DNA of 64,000 bases from Octopus vulgaris (GCA_951406725.2 OX597836.1:50282001-50346000), one strand, 5' to 3'. Numbered from the stretch's first letter, positions 13,509-28,725 are shown. The notes: generated by a model from the letters alone, not told the origin. Translations and numbers: made by a program.

Positions 13509-14204
13509 GTATGTCAGATTTCTCTGCATTCATTTATGCCATAAAACTTGCCTTTCATCATTGTTACTTGTTGGAATATTTCTCTATTTTATTTCCCATT
13601 TCCTTATGGACTTCCACCTTCCATCCTCTTTTCATGTTTGTACCAAACAGGTTATGTCCCTTCGTGTTCTGAGTTCAAATCCTGTTCAAGCTAAACTTGC
13701 CTAGCATCTTTCTGGGGTCAATAAAAATATTACCAGTTTACTACTAACACTACACTTGATATAATTACTCTTTTCCTGAAAGTGGTGCTCCAGCATGGCC
13801 ATAGTCCAGTGATTGAAGCCAGTAAAAGAATTTGAACAGCCCGAAATTTCTGATTCCCCCCTTTCATGAAGTATAACTCTCTGACAGAAAATGGAACATT
13901 ACAGAGACTCTGTGTGTGTCCGTGTGTCCAGTTATAAAAAATGAAATTTCATTTTGATGTGTTGTCGCTCTTCAAGAAGTAATACAGTGACCCACTGATT
14001 TGTCCAATAGAAACTTGTAAGTGATGGGGCTCTCATCTATCCTCGTTTGTGCCTGATTCGTTCATTGCTGATCTGTAAGATCCGGTTAATAGAAAAAAAT
14101 ATAAAGGCCTCTGGTCCTAACAAATGACACAAATGAGTGTATTTTCTTCAGGGATCAAGAAAACACAAGTGCTTGGAGGTAATTTATTTAAAATAGTAAT
14201 AAGG

Positions 14205-14415
14205 AAATTATTGTATACATTACTCAGGTGCCCCACAACTTGTCAAAAGTGCGTATAAAGCATATGCAGTAATGTACAAATGTCTGGAAAGTGAACAGTG
14301 TATGAGTCAGATACATGCTTGTGTGTGTATGGAGGGGAGAAAATCAGGTGTAGTGTTGGCGAATGTCAGAAAGCATGGAAGTTTTGAAGGATGTAGTGCT
14401 CCGACAACTAACAAT
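14205..14415 (-). mobile_element. CR1-like LINE 3' end
   Basis: Reverse complement of the 3' end at 54700-54930 (TTTTGACAAGTTGTGG...CACCTGAG). Confidence 0.7.
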
Positions 14416-14872
14416 TGCTGTGTTTTTTTTTCAGAACCAGGGCAGGCCCTCTCCCTCTCCTTGATAGACCAGCATTTCAACAATCAACATCTCATCTTTT
14501 TCTATTATGTTACATCCTCCAGCACTCGCTCACTATATTCATCTGTTTTCAAGGTGGTTGCCACAAATTTGAAAGGCATTTAACTGCTATATCTTGCAAA
14601 TGGGGCAACTGCCTGCAGAGATTCTTATTCATTTTGTGGGTCCGTGAAGAGTGTGCTTGAGTGAGAGGCTACCAACGATTGCTGCACCTCTTAACATCGT
14701 AGAAAGTTGGTGCCATGGGGAGGGGGGTGGAATTTGATCTCAACAAGTACATTGTTGAGTCTTTGTTTTTTGATTTATTTGTTGTCAAGCATTTCGAGTA
14801 GTTTTGTGTTTCTTATACCCCCCTCTCTCACTCTCTCTCTCTCTCTCTCTCTCTCTTTGAAGCCAGTTTTGA

Positions 14873-15460
<588 letters not shown>

Positions 15461-17092
15461 CCAATATATGTGGTGGTGTACATTCTTCGCCTGAAAAAAA
15501 AAGGTGGGGCTGGAGTAAGAATAGGTGAGATATGTCTGAGTGATTATGTGGTCTGCTTCCCAACCTGAACAAGGCTATGTCCCAAATTCAATCCCTCTCT
15601 GAAGCATCTTGGACAGATTGTCATTCTTTATGGCCTCAAGTCAACTTATTCCATTTAAGGGAAATTGGATCAGAAGAAATATGCTACCTGAGAATTAAAA
15701 TAAAGGTACCTATCTGGAATACTCAGCCAGTTACGCTTTAATTCCAGAACAAGGAATTCAGTTTATGGCACAGCTGAGTCCTAATCATCAGACAACAAAT
15801 ATTCCATGATGTAAACTATTCCTAATTATAAGTATATGTAGGTCCACCTCAAATGTTCAGGGATTTGTATCACCTACAAAATTTCAAGCCAAGGAAATGA
15901 AAACTGTGAGGTTGAATGAAAATCTGCAAAGGAGAGAGAGATTCTACAAACTACAATGAAGGTAACTCCATCATGGTAGGGAGCCGGCTGTGGCCCTGAA
16001 TGAAATCTACTCCAATGGAGAGGAAACAGCTTCTTTGGTGCTGGCAACATCAATAAAATGCACCAAATTCATATTGTAAAGTTGTTGTTGATAAGAAGGG
16101 TATCCAGGCAATAGAATTGTACCAAAATCCTGATACGAAAAATAATTGTATATATACAGGACTAGCACAAAGTTGTTATTGCTGAGATGGTGGGATTATC
16201 TGGTGGTGTGTAGGAATATCTCAAACAACCGACCCGTCAGTAGAAAATTCTCTTCTTTCCATCAGGTACGAAAGTTGGGTGCCGCCACAAATGTTAGCAT
16301 GATTAAAAACTAAGGATTTTAGGGGTTCTTGTGTGTGTATGAGAGACCATCTTGGAGGTTTGGGAAAACACTCCATTATAAGGACAACGATATCGTTAGT
16401 CGTCAAGAGTTATTTCCCTTCGTTTACCTCTGCCTTGGTCGAGTTTCGGCCTTAAAAGTCTGTGCAAAAATTTCTTCCTGGTTTTAGCTTTATCTTGTAT
16501 ATAGGTTGCACTTTTTTTTTCTGTTGAAGCCACGTGTAACATACAGTATATATGTTACGATAAAAAACGCTGAAATCTGTTTGGGATTTTTAGTAAAAAA
16601 AAATATTTTTATCTTTAAAAATGTTATTACAAACAATTAATCCCAAAATAGTTTGAAGCTTGTTGATCTCTTTTTGGACATCGAATTTGGTGGTCCAGGT
16701 TCGATTGCTAAATATCATTGCTACTTGTATGTTTATATATACACATACTTTTTTAAATAATACCGAGTATAACTCTTCTAGGTTTGTAACAAACCATTCC
16801 TTGGTGATTCATTCTTTGTTCTGTTTTGTCCAAATTCCTATTCACACCTCATTGGACATTCTACTTTCCATATTGTTCCATCTTCTCAGATGGCATTCAT
16901 TTGCAGACAAGTCTGCTGTGACTGTTTATTCCTTTCTCGGCTCTGCTCCCCACCGACATCACACTTAGCCTCACATCTCAGCATTTTCTTTTATGCTACA
17001 GAATATCATTATTAAAGTTGATGCTTTAAATTAGTAAGAAAAAATTTTTTAATCCCATTATTAACTTGATCTGTGTTATTTTCTCTTTTCAG

Positions 17093-17101
17093 TTTTGTTG
17101 A
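17093..17101 (+). CDS. TCEA1: TFIIS terminal coding exon: FC-stop
   Basis: ttttctcttttcag|TTT TGT TGA. TFIIS proteins end in ...RWKFC. Confidence 0.9.
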   Translation, partial: FC

Positions 17102-20100
17102 TGTTCCAGCCATAGAATTTTTGTTCTTTCTCTGATCAGAGACCATTGACCGCTGCCACCGCCATCGCCCACCACCACCATTATTATTATCATTAATTGT
17201 TATCATCCCTTTGCTGAAACTGGATGTCTTTAAAGAGAAGGAAGACAGAAAAGCTCTGATCAGTTAATGGTGGGATGAGTTTGTTCGTGTTTCCAGGGTT
17301 CTTAACACCAGAAAGCAACCGGAGAACTTGACATAAAACAAATTTTTTAAAAATTGGAAGGAAAACAAAAGAATTTTAAAAATGCACTCACTTTCCCCAT
17401 CACTAAAAACATGGTGAGTTTTTAAAGAAACAAGAATTATGAAAGGATAGACCAAACTGAAGCTGGAACCTATCGTCCATCGTTTTCCACTTCCTCCTCC
17501 TCCTCCTCCTTTCTCTCTATGGCTGTTGATTTGCTGCGGATCTGACCTTTCCACTCCCACTCAGCCTTGCTCTCTCCCTTTTTCCTCCTCTTAGGGCTCT
17601 GTCTTTCTTCTTCCTCTCTCTCTCTCTCCCACCCTGCTGTGTTTTTGTGTGTGTGTATTTATTATCTGTCTGCATTTGTTGTTGCATACATTGTATTTTG
17701 AATCTCTGTCAACGTGTGTTTGTCGTTGCCCAACCTGAAGTATAAATTAATTTTCACAATGTGTGTCTGTGCACACACACACACACACACACCATTCTTC
17801 TCATAATTGCTGAATTACCCAACATGATCCATAAATATATTTATATTCTCAGTACAGACGTGTGTGTGTGTGTGTATGTGGCTCCTGTCAACCATCCTAC
17901 TAAGACGTGGAAGACGTGTTAAACGATGGTGATGATTACATTTATATAGGGTTTCCTCTCTATAACTACTAACACATTGTTGAGATGCAAGAAGGCCTCG
18001 GTTGCTTTCACCAAAAAACTGCCATTGCTCTTGGCTTAAATTCATTCTTTAATTTTCAAAATAAATATCTTCTGAGTTCTGATAAATGATTCCCGAGACA
18101 AGGAAACATCCAAGAAATGGGTTGGAGAAGGGTAGGGGTGTCATCCGGGTTGTAAGGGAAAGTAACGGGGTGGGGTGGGCGGGTGACATTGTTCTGGAAA
18201 TAAGGCTTTCCTCACATTTGTTTCCCTCATTTCATTGAAGTTGTCTGCACTCCCATCGTGTTCACAAGTGTTTTGGCCAATGTTTTGAGAATGTAATAAG
18301 TCCCCTGTGATGTTTGTTCTGCATCAAGTTACATGCCCTGTTGCCATCAGAAATGGTGTGAGTCCATCATTGCAGACTTGCTGTAAATGGTGCTGCTGTT
18401 CACAGTTGCAAAATGCAGAAATACTCTTCTAAAAATAAGTCTTTTGACTCTGTGGACTGTATTCACCCTTTGCCTGTCCTGTGAAAACACATCTGCTGGT
18501 ATTCAGGACATATTTCCTTGGTGTCCATAAATCATACACATTGGCAACATTTTTCAACGTCCAGAGTAGCTGGGGCGGAGAGGGGGAGGGGCCTTATGAA
18601 AGAAAACTTTATATTCTTCAGAACATATGAAACAAGGGCTAAGAGCCTGAAATCAAGGATAAACCTAGAGTTAACATTTGATCTGCTTTAATAGGAATCT
18701 AAACCCAGTTTATTTCTCTGCTGCTTCAATTTTTTGCAGAAGAATTCTTTGTCAATACCTGAATTTCTTGTAGTCATCCAGGTCTTTCTTTACCAATTAC
18801 AGACTCTCTTTTTCCGTCAAATAATTCCAATATTTCAAGTTGTATATGCCAGGGCATCATCTCTTAGGGTATTCGAAAGATATCATTTGTCTGCTTCAGT
18901 ACCAGATCCAGAGTAGAGCTTTGTACTCAAAGTAAACAATGATTTCTATCCAATGTATTGAGATAATGTTTCCTTTTAATATACTACTCTTAAATTATGA
19001 TATGTATTTATATTGTATATATGTGTGTATATAATGATAGGTTATTTCTACTTTAAAACTAAATCTCTGGATATTGTTTCAGTTTGAGGCTGGGTGTTCA
19101 TTGAACCAATTGTTCACAACCACACATAAAAGCATCTCTGAAACCCGAAAGGGGAATCCTGCTTCTTTGGGATCGGTTTTATGATTTAAATCCCTTTCAA
19201 GAAAAGAGAAGACTATATATATATGATCTTCACTTCAACATCTACTTTTCCATGTTTGCGTAGGTCAGGTGGAGTTTGTTGAGGCAAATATTCCACAGCT
19301 TGATGCCTTTCCCTGATTACTTCCAAGCAAGGTGTTATGTCCCCCGTGTCCAGGAAATGTTTTCACGGAAGAATGGCAACAAGCAGCACTGCTTGATGGT
19401 GTGCCTGTTTGTTTACATCCATCATGCAATATCAAGACTGGGGGAGAGACACACACACGCACAAATATGCAAACACTACGCCAGCATGGAAGGTGGACGT
19501 TAAATGATGATCATATATATATACATACATACACACACACACGCACAATGGGCTTCTTTCGGTTTCCATCTGCTGAATCTACTTGAAAGGATTGGGTGTG
19601 AGTTGAAGCCATTAACCCAACATGCCATGCAGAGGGACTGAACCTGAATCCTTGAGGTTGGGAAGTGAGATCATCATCATCGTTTAACGTCTGCTTTCCA
19701 TGCTAGTATGGGTTGGACGATTTTGACTGAGGGCTGCACCAGGCTCCAATCTTGATCTGGAATAGGTTCTACAGCTGGATGCCCTTCCTGACGCCAACCA
19801 CTCCAAGAGTGTAGTGAGTGCTTTTTACACACACTCACACAATTATATGCCATGCTTACACATGCTTATTTTGGGCTGCAGTGCTCTTGGTGAAAAGGAA
19901 AGAGGCTGAGAGAGGAACATAGAGTTTGGTGAAGGAATCTCCTCTCTCTCTCTCATTTTTGATCCATTGCTGCCAACTTGGTTGACTGGATTGCAGTTCT
20001 GTAATCTGCTGGTGAAGCTTTGCTGTGTGTTGCCCCACCCTCGATCCCTGGGCTTTGTTTTTGATCCCAAGGATTCTTCAGATGATCACAGCTACACACA

Positions 20101-21152
20101 CACACACAGTTTTTTTGCATGTCAATATGTATGTGCATTTCTGCGTACCCATGCACTGGTTTTGTATACATGTCTGTTGAATGTAAATCTCTGAGATAAG
20201 TTATTGTTGATGTGATTATCAGATCAAGATTAATTAATCTCGTCGTTGTTTTAGAGTTGAAAGAAAAAATGTTTTGTCACTGTCGCCATTGTATAAAATC
20301 CCAGAAGACTTCCTACCAAAAATATATGTTCCAACACACACACACACACACACACACAATCATAGATACACGTGTCTGCAATTTTAAAATGAACTTCTTT
20401 TTTTTTCTTCCCTCTCTTTCTCTCATGCTCATTATTTAAATTTTCATCTCTCCTCCAACTCACATATTCTCTCTCTCTCTCTCTCCCTCCCCCGACACCG
20501 TTCCTGTCTCTGTCTCGCACAATATTACAAGCTTGTTCCCTATTTTCATTTACAGCAACATCACTGATTCTCCACTCACTTTATACAAAGTAAATGTCTT
20601 TTGTTTTATGTCCCTCCACTTTTATGTATGTCTGTGTTATATACAGGCACATAATGTGTGTATGATTGTATACATACATGTATGTGTGTATAAATGATAT
20701 ATATTGTATATGTATCATGGCAAAAGTGTAGAGAGAATGTGTGTGTGTGTGTGTGTGTATAAATACAGACGCATTGAGACCCGTGGCCAAGTGGTTGAAG
20801 TGTTCTGCTTGTAATCGTGTCGAGTTCAATTGTTGGGCCTGGTGACCTGTTGTCCTTGAGCAAGGTTCTTCATTTCCTGTGCCGGTCTCTCTCCTCAGCT
20901 ACTTGCTTCCACGATGCTCTCTTTCTATAGCTTTGTCTTTGTGTGTATATATTTAAACAGTTTTTTGTCTTTTCTGTCAAAGACCCTGTATTTTTGTTGT
21001 CTTCATTTTAATCCCCAGGTTCCCCCTCTTCATCCCCCCCCCCCCTGCTGCCTCCAGCTGCTTTGACCACCCTCCGCCCCTGGGTTACAGAAACAAGCAG
21101 AAAAAAAGGAAGGCAGGAAAGAAAGGAATATTCTGTTGGATTTTAAAATAAA
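17102..21152 (+). other. Probable long TCEA 3' UTR (end uncertain)
   Basis: Follows the stop codon. Largely transposon-poor low-complexity sequence, with AATAAA at 18060 and 21147. Confidence 0.35.
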
Positions 21153-22657
21153 CTTTGTTCACACTTCCACATTTTTTGTCTTCTTTGGAACTTTTTTTTT
21201 CTTCTTTTTCCTCCTTATTTTCTCATTGGACAGTGGCCATGCTGGGAGTAGGGGTCATGCAGATTGATGACCCCTACCTGCCCCATCAGTACTTTTTTGT
21301 ACTGCTAAGTTTCAGGGTTGTAAACAAACCAACATCAGATATGAAATGGTGGTGGTGGTGGTGGTGGGTGAGGGGAGCAATTATTGGATGATGTCATGTT
21401 AGGAAAGTCTACATTAAAAAAACTCAAAGGATAGATGAAGGGCATCCAGCTGCAGAAACCCTGTCAAAACAGACATGGAGCCTGGTCATCTGTCCAACCC
21501 AATGATATGGCAGGCTTCCGCATAGTTTCCATCTCCCAAATTCATTCACAAGGCACTGATCTGCTGGAGTTGTTGCAGAAGACACCCGAAATGCCATGCG
21601 GTGGGACTGAACCTGACACCACATGGTTGCAAAGTGACCTTAATCACTCAACCATAACTCCAGGATTTTCTTTTCTTTCAGGTGAAGGCACATGGCCCCA
21701 TGTTTAGGGTATTGCACTACATTGTCTTTTTGAGTAAGATGCTTCATTTCATGTCATTTCAATCTACTCAGCCATAGAAGATGTTCCCACAATGGCTGGG
21801 AAATTAACCTTGTGAAGGACTGGCTTCCCATCCAGGAAATATGTGTCCTAAACACAGATCATCTAAAAAGTGGAGATGTTATTCGATGGTGAAAAGCAGC
21901 AGTGATCGGATCTTTCAGAACATCTTGAGAATAGATGGATCCATTATGGTTCGGATTCTTTCCCCATGCATTCTTATTGGTTGGGTTTCATTTACTGGAT
22001 CAGGACTGACTTAGGACAAAACAACAGAAATATATTGGTCGGAGTCATCCTACTTAAACTGGATGGTCATGGTTGGAAGATCTTCAGTCATGGAATGAAA
22101 CAAGCAAAAGAAGGAGTGAAAGTACATTGGATTATGTCATCCTTGATACACTATGCCTAAAAAGAATAATAAAAGTCACTTGATTATGGGTTTGCTTGGA
22201 GAAAAGCATCAGAAAAAAGTCCCGTTGATTCCGACCAGGGAAATGGGAGACCCCAACCCACCCGAATCCCTCTTCTCACACCTGCCTCTTTACCTTTACT
22301 ATGAGTAAATCATCCGTGTAATTTGATAACAGGTTAGGGTTGGGGCTCATATGAACAGATCTAATTACCGAATCCTTTGAAACACACACACTCCCTTTTT
22401 GCAGAAGTATCTGTGTAGGTTGGAGTCAGGCCAACCAGGTGTGGTGGAAGGGGAAGGAGTTCATCTCCCTCTAATCAGAGATAATCTCAGAGCTCCATGG
22501 TAACACCTGGTTGATATCCTTAATGATGAAGCTACACACGCGCACTTGACTGCTGATGAGGATGGAGAGCTGCAAGCACACACGTTACACGTATTCCTAA
22601 AAGCACCGGCAGCTCATATATACATGCATACATAGACATTATATATATATATATATA

Positions 22658-22820
22658 GGCGCAGGAGTGGCTGTGTGGTAAGTAGCTTGCTAACCAACCA
22701 CATGGTTCCGGGTTCAGTCCCACTGCATGGCATCTTGGGCAAGTGTCTTCTGCTATAGCGCCGGGCCAACCAATGCCTTGTGAGTGGATTTGGTAGACGG
22801 AAACTGAAAGAAGCCTGTCG

Positions 22821-22853
<33 letters not shown>

Positions 22854-23041
22854 TTGTTCCCCTAGCATTGCTTGACAACCGATGCTGGTGTGTTTACGTC
22901 CCCGCCACTTAGCGGTTCAGCAAAAGAGACCGATAGAATAAGTACTGGGCTTACAAAAGGAATAAGTCCCGGGGTCGAGTTGCTCAACTAAAGGCATGGC
23001 ATGCATGGCCGCAGTCAAATGACTGAAACAAGTAAAAGAGT
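22658..23041 (+). mobile_element. tRNA-derived SINE; many degraded copies on both strands (about 3360, 6400, 19550, 23730, 25820, 37270, 42150)
   Basis: A-box TGGCTGTGTGG, B-box GGTTCAGTCCC, internal (TA)/(TG) tract, tail GACTGAAACAAGTAAAAGAG. Inserted in (TA)n. Confidence 0.8.
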
Positions 23042-24504
23042 ATATATATATATACAACGACTATATATTTTATGCCAGCCCCCACCCCACACAAAAGATA
23101 GACGTTAAATGATGATGAATATATGTCTAATGTATATGCATATATATATATATATATATATATGATACACGAGTGTGCTATGTTGAGAGTCCACCCAGGG
23201 GTAGCTCCTCAGCCCTCTTCTACAATGTGACTAGCCTGAGGTACCTTCTTGCATTCTGCATGGAAACCTCACAAGTGTTACGACCTTTGCCCTTTCGTCC
23301 TTTCAGGGTCAAAGTTCACTTGCCCTCCCCCAGAATTCCAGGCTTTGTGCCTTCAGTAGATATTATTATTATTATTATTTATAAACTGAAGCTTCTTGTA
23401 TACAAGCATTGTGTACAGTAAACTCATTATTACTATTATAACTCCTAAGAAGCTTCCTGTTGCTAATTGCTCCAATTATTCATTTGACGATTCTCATCAA
23501 CAACAGCTTCAGATTCCAACGAAATTCACAAACTCTAAGTTTATTCTTCAAATGTAAAAACAAACATTTACCAATTCATACACACTCTTTCTCTCTCTCT
23601 CACACACACACATTCATATGGAGACAGAGAGAAAGAAAGAAACAGATTGATATATATATATATATATAGGTCTATTTATAAACATGTTTATATAGATATA
23701 AATATATGTGTGTATATATATATACGGTGTGAAGAGTTTTGCTGCCCATCCACATGGTTCCAGGTTCAGTCCTATTACACAGCATCTAAGGCGAGTGTCT
23801 TCTCTCAAAAACCTCAGACTAACCAAAATGCTTATGACTGGATTTAGTCCATGGAAGATGTTTGTTGTACAAGAATATATGTCTGAATGTTTGTGTACAT
23901 ACACACATGTTATGTGTGTGTGTGTGTGTGTATATATATATACACATAAAACAAGAATTGGAATTCAAAGAATGAAACCAAACTCACACTAAGCTCTTTG
24001 CTGAGTTTACAACTTTCAAGAAGAGTGGAGTTGAGTTTAATTCATGTAATTAAATGTCTCCATCGTTGAGAAAATCCAGGAATCACAATGGTCAAGGAAG
24101 TAAATAATAATATTTCTAATTTCCGAGAATTCACAGATAAAATATATTTTATCTTTCAAATCTCTGAAATTTGATAATTAATTAATTATATACTGATGAT
24201 TAATTGTTTATATCTATACACACACACACTTTGAACTCCGAATGTAAAGACCGATAAAATATTGCTAAGCATTTTCTGAGGATTATGATTCAGCCAGTTT
24301 GCTGCCCCATGTCATCTTCTATTAAAAACAATTTAGCATTAATCTAGAGAATTATTCAATGCTCCCCCCCACCAGCCCTTGGGGGGGCTGAGTACGTATT
24401 ATTTGATATATACTCTAAGATAAAGAAGGGTGACAGTGACTTCGAAATTTCATCAGGCAATCAAACCCAAAACTTCAAAGTCATCATAATACCATTTTTG
24501 GTTT

Positions 24505-24898
24505 CAAGGCAGAAGGTGTTCTTCCATCAGGATAATGCTCAGCCACATACAGCAAGGATGAGATTCCAAAGGCTGGAGCAGTTTGAATGGGAAACGATGC
24601 CTCACCCACCATATTTGCCAGACATTGCCCCATCTGATTAGCATTTATTCCGCAGTCTTCAAAATCATTTGGACAGAAAGAATATGAATTCTGTAGACGA
24701 GGTCAGAACAGTACTGGAGGAATATTTTTAATCACGGACAAGTGAATTTTGGAAGAGGGGCCTTGCAAATCTACCAGAGAGATGGAAGAGCATTGCAGAA
24801 AATGAAGGAGAGAATATTTTAGATTAAAAAAGAACTTTATCTTAATTTTGAAAAATAGAAGTATAGAAAAAACACATTATTTGTGGAATGACCCACTA
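24505..24898 (+). mobile_element. mariner transposase 3' fragment (pseudogenised)
   Basis: Translates to FHQDNAQPH...HPPYLPDIAPSD*HLF...RWKSIAENEGENILD*, with internal stops and a TIR-like end before TA. Confidence 0.88.
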
Positions 24899-25004
24899 TA
24901 TGTGTATATATATATATATATAATCCTCATGAATGGATGAAACTGCTAAATAAAGAATTATCCAAAATTCTGACTGCCTCCTCTTTCTTCATATATGTAT
25001 GGTG

Positions 25005-25350
25005 AAGGCAGATGACTCAGAGGTTAGAGCCTCAGGCTCGCAATCACAAGGTTGTGAGTTCAGTTCCTAGACTGGGCTGCGTGTTGTGTTCTTGAGTAAG
25101 ACACTTTATTTCACGTTGCTCCAGTTCACTTAGCTGTAGAAATGAGTTGTGAAATCACTGGTGCCAAGCTGTATCGGCCTTTGTCTTTCCCTTGGACAAC
25201 ATCAGTGGCATGGGGAGGGGAGGCGAGGCTGGTATGCATGGACGATTGCTGGTTTTCCACAAACAACATTGCCCTGACATGTGCCTCAGAGGGGAACTTT
25301 CTAGGTACAATCCCAAGGTCCTTCATGACCAAAGGGGTCTTTACTCTTTA
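25005..25350 (+). mobile_element. tRNA-derived SINE; related copies at about 7950 and 20780
   Basis: tRNA-like head with GAGTTCAGTTCC, then GTGTTCTTGAGTAAGACACTT core. Confidence 0.65.
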
Positions 25351-26467
25351 CCCTATATATATTTACACACACACACACACATAGAGGTAGCTAGACAGAC
25401 AGACAGACAGCTGAATACTTCTCTAATACATATTGAGAAAGGGTGTAACAAGGGTAAAAATTTTGTGCACTTTGCACAAAGTCCTTTGCCATGAGTTCTA
25501 GACACTCCCTTGTCCCTCCCATGGCCTGACGTACAATGAACCAATGATTGGCCCCTTGGCGATTTCTAACCAAAGACAATGTTATAGTTAATTAATAAAA
25601 CAATGCTTTAATTTGGCACAGAAAAAAGACACACCTGTCCATCACTTACCTGGTGACTGTGTTACTGATAATTACTCCATGGGGCACCTGACTACTTTTC
25701 TGCTCCAAATATTTTTGCCTTTAAATATTTTAGAGGCAGAAACTAACAAGTCGACCGTCACGCTCTGCTGGATGCATCTTTCTATTCTGAACTAGAAATC
25801 ATCTTTTTATCATTTACACGTCTCGTTCTTTGGACTGTGGCCATACTGGGGCACCACCATGAAAGGCTTAATCAAAGAAATCAACTCCAGTTCTTAATTG
25901 TCAGGTCTTGTGCTTACTCTATTGGTTTCTTTTGCCAATCCGCTAAGTGACAGGAACATGAACAAACCAACACTGATGGACAATCAGGATGGGTGACAAA
26001 CACACACACACACATATTTATAAGACAGGCTTCCACACAGTTTCTATCAACCAAGTTCACTTGTGGGGCATTAGTTGGCCCAGGACTATAGTAAAAGACT
26101 TGCCCAAGAGGCCACACAGTGGGACCGAACCTGAAACCATGTGGTTATAAAACGAGTAAACAAAATATTTGCTGATCCACTCTGAGGTATTTATATATTT
26201 ATATATATTCTTTTGTTCTTTTACTTGTTTCAGTCATCTGACTGTGGCCGTGCTGGAGCACCACTTTAAAGAGCGTTAGTCAAACAAATCAACCTTTGTA
26301 ATTCTTTGTAAGCCTAGTACTTATTTTATCAGTATCTTTTGCCGAACTGCTAAGTTATGGGTAAACACAACAACGTCAGTTGCCAAGCAATGGTGGTGGG
26401 GACAAGCACACACACACACGCACATATACACATATATATATGTATGTATGTATATGTGCGTATGTGT

Positions 26468-27131
26468 TAGGAAGGGCATAGGCCAAAGGTTATGGCATAT
26501 GCCAGGAGCGTAACCAGCCCGCTTATGCGTACCTTTTCCTTCTTTGGTCCCTAAACTCTGCTTGTGAAGACCTGTTGAGGCAAGTGAAATCAAAATCAAA
26601 TTTGATGACTGGCATCCGTACTAGTGGGGTGCAAAGAGCACCATACAAGTATGATCGTTTGACAGAGTGGCTAACCGGCTTCCGTGCCAGTGGCACATAA
26701 AAGGGCACTATTCGAGTGTGATCGTTACCAGCGTTGCGTTACTGGCACTTGGGCCCGTGCTAGTAAGGTGCCAAGAGCACCATCCAAGCTTGATAGTTGC
26801 CAGAGCAGCCAACTGGTTTCCATGCCGGTGGCACGTTAAACAGCACCATTCGAACGTGATCGTTACCAACGTCGCCTTACTGGCACCTGTGCCGGTGGCA
26901 TGTGTAAAAAGATTCGAGCGAGGTCATTGCCAGCACCACCTGACTGGCCCCCATGCCGGTGGCACGTAAAATCACCCGCTACACTCTCGGAGTGGTTAGC
27001 ATTAGGAAGGGCATCCAGCTGTAGAAACTCTGCCAGATCAAGATTGGAGCCTGGTGCAGCCATCTAGTTCGCCAGCCCTCAGTCAAAATCATCCAACCCT
27101 AGCATGGAAAGCAGACGTTAAACGCTAATGA
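26468..27131 (+). mobile_element. RTE LINE 3' UTR with about 60-bp internal tandem repeats and (GAT)n tail
   Basis: Similar to 57540-58134. The terminal ...AGGAAGGGCATCCAGCTGTAGAAAC...GACGTTAAACGATGAT recurs in many short copies in the window. Confidence 0.8.
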
Positions 27132-28459
27132 TATATATATATATATATGTATATTTATATACATACACAAGGGTGAGTCAAAAAGTAATGCCAATTTGTT
27201 TAGGACAAGTATAATTACCAACACAGGAACATGTATCCTACATCTAAATGAAGCTGGTCCTCTGTGGACCACATCCCTACTTCTCAACATAGTCATCGTT
27301 CCTCTCAATAGCAATGGTATGTTGATTTTTTTGTTCCTTTTTATGTGTCTTGATTATGCAGGCACTGAAGATTAAAAAGTGCTTTTTGTGCACTAATTAT
27401 GAAATCATATGATCTGCAGCTGAATCTGTTTTTAAGTGGCTCGCTTCAAGAGTTGCATTCCCACACATTCGGTACACTGCATTTATTACGGTAGTTTTGA
27501 CTTAAAGAGTCCCTAATAGTGTGAGGCATTTATGTATAGTAATGCCCTTAATATAAATAAATAAATATATTTAAAGGGAGTAATATAAAATTTTTTCCAT
27601 TGTGAGGTTTTACACGCAGACTACTTGATAAATTCTTATAAAGATTTTATCCTATGTTTAAATTTTAAATTTAACCGGAATATATTCAGTGCTGAATTTA
27701 TTCTGAATATACATGTGTACTGAGATGCAATTCAAAAAGCTTGCCTCTTCCATAGATATATAAAAGTGAACAGCTCTACGTACTCTGCTGGGTACATAGC
27801 AAATAAGTAACAAGGCTGTCCACGTATCAGTGCATTATGACCATTTCAAGCGGCTCCATTTAATTGATCAATGCAAGCATTACTTCAATTTGAAACAACC
27901 TGCTTTCCTCAGACGCATAAGACCATACAGGTTTTCAACATACAGGATGCTCCATTATAATTTTTTTAGCAAATTTTTCATCAGAACTAAAGAATAAAAG
28001 AATTACATTGCTTATTGCTTTTATTGGAGCAGAATTTTTATCTTTTTATCTTTATGTCTATTTTTTCATTTGATAAATCCTTTATTGAAATTTTATATAA
28101 ATATTATGTAAATATATATATATTAAAATATTGATATATATATATATGTGTGTGTATATATATATATAATGAAGTTGTGTCTTGTCCTTACCTTCAAAAC
28201 ATGGAGTAGTCGAAGCAGGGGCAGCTGAAGAAGGGGAATGTTCCTTGTGTTGTATGTCCTGTACTCTATTTTTTCGTTGTTTAAGAAAAATGTCCATTTC
28301 CTTGGTTTTGTGTTTATGTTTTCGTTTCTCAATGTGTTCGACGTTTTTTTTGGTGTCCTGTACCCATATATGCATGTATATATACATATAGATGTAGGTA
28401 CGTACATATATGTATGTATGTATGCATATGTTTTATTTATTAATTTGTTATATATATAT

Positions 28460-28686
28460 AGTTGGAATTTACAAACAAACAAAACAAAAGACGAAGCCAG
28501 GTGTATAAACAACAAACAGGTGTATTAGTTTAATGCTCGGGAAGTGAGACAGTCTTTCACGTTTCGAGCCAACGCTCTTCAACAGAAAGGGACACAGAAA
28601 TAAACAGAGAGAGAAAAGAAAAAAAGTTTTAGTGGCTTGCGATCAACCATGGTAAATGCCAGACTGAGGTGGTCAGTCAAGAGAGC

Positions 28687-28690
<4 letters not shown>
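28460..28690 (-). mobile_element. Penelope-like short non-autonomous element with hammerhead-like motif; second copy at 55817-56005
   Basis: Two similar copies, both inserted in (TA)n. Contains CTGTTGA-A-GAGC-GTTG-GCTC-GAAACGT on the minus strand. Confidence 0.6.

Positions 28691-28725
<35 letters not shown>

Noticed and set aside
22658-22740. tRNA gene
   Set aside because: It has A and B boxes but no full cloverleaf and continues into a SINE body.
28185-28250. CTGAAGAAGGGG with upstream GAA motifs in a (TA)n-flanked repeat
   Set aside because: Could not be folded into a consistent hammerhead topology by eye.
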